Positions 61,722-64,000 of a stretch of DNA of 64,000 nucleotides are shown here, piece after piece. The notes beneath the pieces were generated by a model. That model searched no databases. It was not told where the DNA came from and worked only from the letters and a program-made list of their open reading frames with translations. The translations under genes were made by a program, and so were the position numbers. Numbering within the stretch: position 1 is the first letter of the stretch; every line of letters begins with the position of its first letter. The stretch is from Paraspadella gotoi (Eukaryota > Animalia > Chaetognatha): positions 6,472,367 through 6,536,366 of the forward strand of contig CM119267.1 of assembly GCA_051294375.1 (NCBI GenBank), read 5' to 3'.

Positions 61722-63622
61722 GTCGATCACAAAGGTTGTTTTTAGTTGAGTGTGAGATTCGTAAAATCGGAAAATGAGTAGGAACACGCGGTTGTAAAAG
61801 CAAAAAATCTTGGCGAGTATAATTTAGGTCAGTTTCGGCTGAGAAAAGCGAAATCGAAAACGGCGAGTTGATGGCGAGTTAGGAGATCTTAAGAACTAAG
61901 GCGCGGGTTTTTTTGTTTTTTTGGTTAGTTCTTTGTTTTAGTATAAATAGATATAATTGGAATGCACGACGTCCAATGAAAGGAAGCTTGACGGACGATT
62001 TCTAAATGGAATACAGTTCTTATTACAATAATAGCTTGAAAAAAGAAAAGGTAGTAAATTATTTTAATTTTGTCGTTGGTAAAGGACAGTACAATGACGA
62101 TGGAACAAAGTCAGGACTGTAGTGTTAAGAGAGCGAATGTGTCGGGCTCATAACTGAAGCGACTGATTCAAATTTCATTAGGAAACGTAAAACGGGAGAA
62201 AAAAGACATAGAAAAAATTTTAGAGACTAAAAACGAATACATATTTGGGCTCTTTATTAAAAAAAACATTACTGTGACCTTAGGAATCGATCTGCCGTAA
62301 AAAGAGGGGGGGGCAGAGAGGGGAGGAGGGGTGGGGAGAGGGATAGAGATAAAAATAAGAATAAGAAAAAGCACGACAACTTAGCTTCAGAAAAAAAACA
62401 TTGAGAATCAGGTAATATTAGCGGTAGCCGACCGAATTCAAATTTTAATAAGAACAGCATTAAACTAATCCATTATTGGTATTAATTATTGTGTTAAAAT
62501 ATTTTTTGGCAAAAATGTTCCAAACCATGAGTAATTCGCTAATTAATATTATTATATCGTATATAATGTCAAAAATTTTTGGGGGATATTTTAATTTTTT
62601 TAATTGATTCTGATAGAGCTTAAAAAGTTAAGCAAAAAATATAATTACAACTTTTTAAAATTTTGATGTTTTATTATTAAAAATTAGTAAAAACTGCTAA
62701 AATCATCGTATGATGATGATTCTTTAAGGTTTTTCCCAATTTTAACCCACTTATCATCAAAATATTGAAAAAAGAATTATACTTTGTGCAGATAACTTTT
62801 TATAAGCTATTTGAATCTGCTTTTAAAAATACAAAATTCAAAAAAATTTTTTTGACATTTCCTATCTATAAATAAATATTAAAAAATTAATTACTAATGC
62901 TTCTAGACATTTTAGAAAATTTGGGTCCATTGAAAGTTTTCTCAGAAATGTATGAAGTTTCATTTGGAAAGGTTCCCAAATCAAACTTCTGACCCACCCC
63001 ATTGACGAAGTTTGGCTCTAGTAATATGAATGTTTTTGTAACATTGCTTAGAAAATTTTAAACAAGATCTTTCATTTATCATAGTGAATTATGTTAAAAA
63101 TACCCATTTCAGTCAAGGTACGAGCCTCGAGGAATAACGAAATTATTTGTTTATTTATACGTATACAACGCTTAGAATTTTGGTACATTCACTGTCCTTA
63201 AATCCTGCTTAACTACATCCACCACAAACGATTTCATGACCGACTACATATAGTGGTATAACCGTACAACTTTCTTTGAACTAGTACAAAATAAAATTAC
63301 ATTTACTTTGTTAATTACATACTAGGCTTCATTATAATTGAAATAATAGAATTAATTATAATTGAAATAGTTTTGTAAGGGATCCCAGAGGTTGGATTAT
63401 TTTAAATGTTCGCTATATAGGTAACAAATGTAACATTAAAACAAACCGAAGAAATTGCCTCCAATAAAATTATAAATGAACGAATTTCGAAAGCGACTTG
63501 CAGTCGAGAGGATGATGTTTTTTCCCCCCCCCCCGTTTCTTTTTCTTGCACTCGCATTCACAATATAAAAATTGAAAATCTGAGTCCAATTTTAAATTTC
63601 AACGGGCGAGAGGCGCGGAAAT

Positions 63623-63947
<325 letters not shown>

Positions 63948-64000
63948 CTGCAAAAAAGATCGGAGCGATAACTTTGGCTTCGCGCTGCGAATGAGAAATG

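Overview
Draft-assembly window from an invertebrate animal (AT-rich introns, GC-rich exons, microsatellites, five N-gaps, some indel-type errors). Genes: an orphan mGluR-like class C GPCR (4746-19514 +), an acid sphingomyelinase fragment, a small unknown spliced gene, an intronless multi-zinc-finger gene, FAM193, lethal(2) giant larvae, basigin/neuroplastin, a large low-complexity protein and the 3' end of U2AF2. The standout is a ~250-bp TG..TA element with 4-bp target-site duplications, present twice (11365-11619 +, 55711-55949 -), each time inside an intron and in the host's sense orientation. It contains what folds by eye as a type-P5 twister ribozyme whose P1 is a self-complementary 8-mer, so it is a candidate twister-based, possibly dimer-activated, retrozyme-like LTR. 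The window also has at least seven Penelope-type minimal hammerhead motifs, several in inverted pairs, including a pair at the centre of a foldback element with telomere-like repeats. All calls are manual; no searches or folding programs were run.
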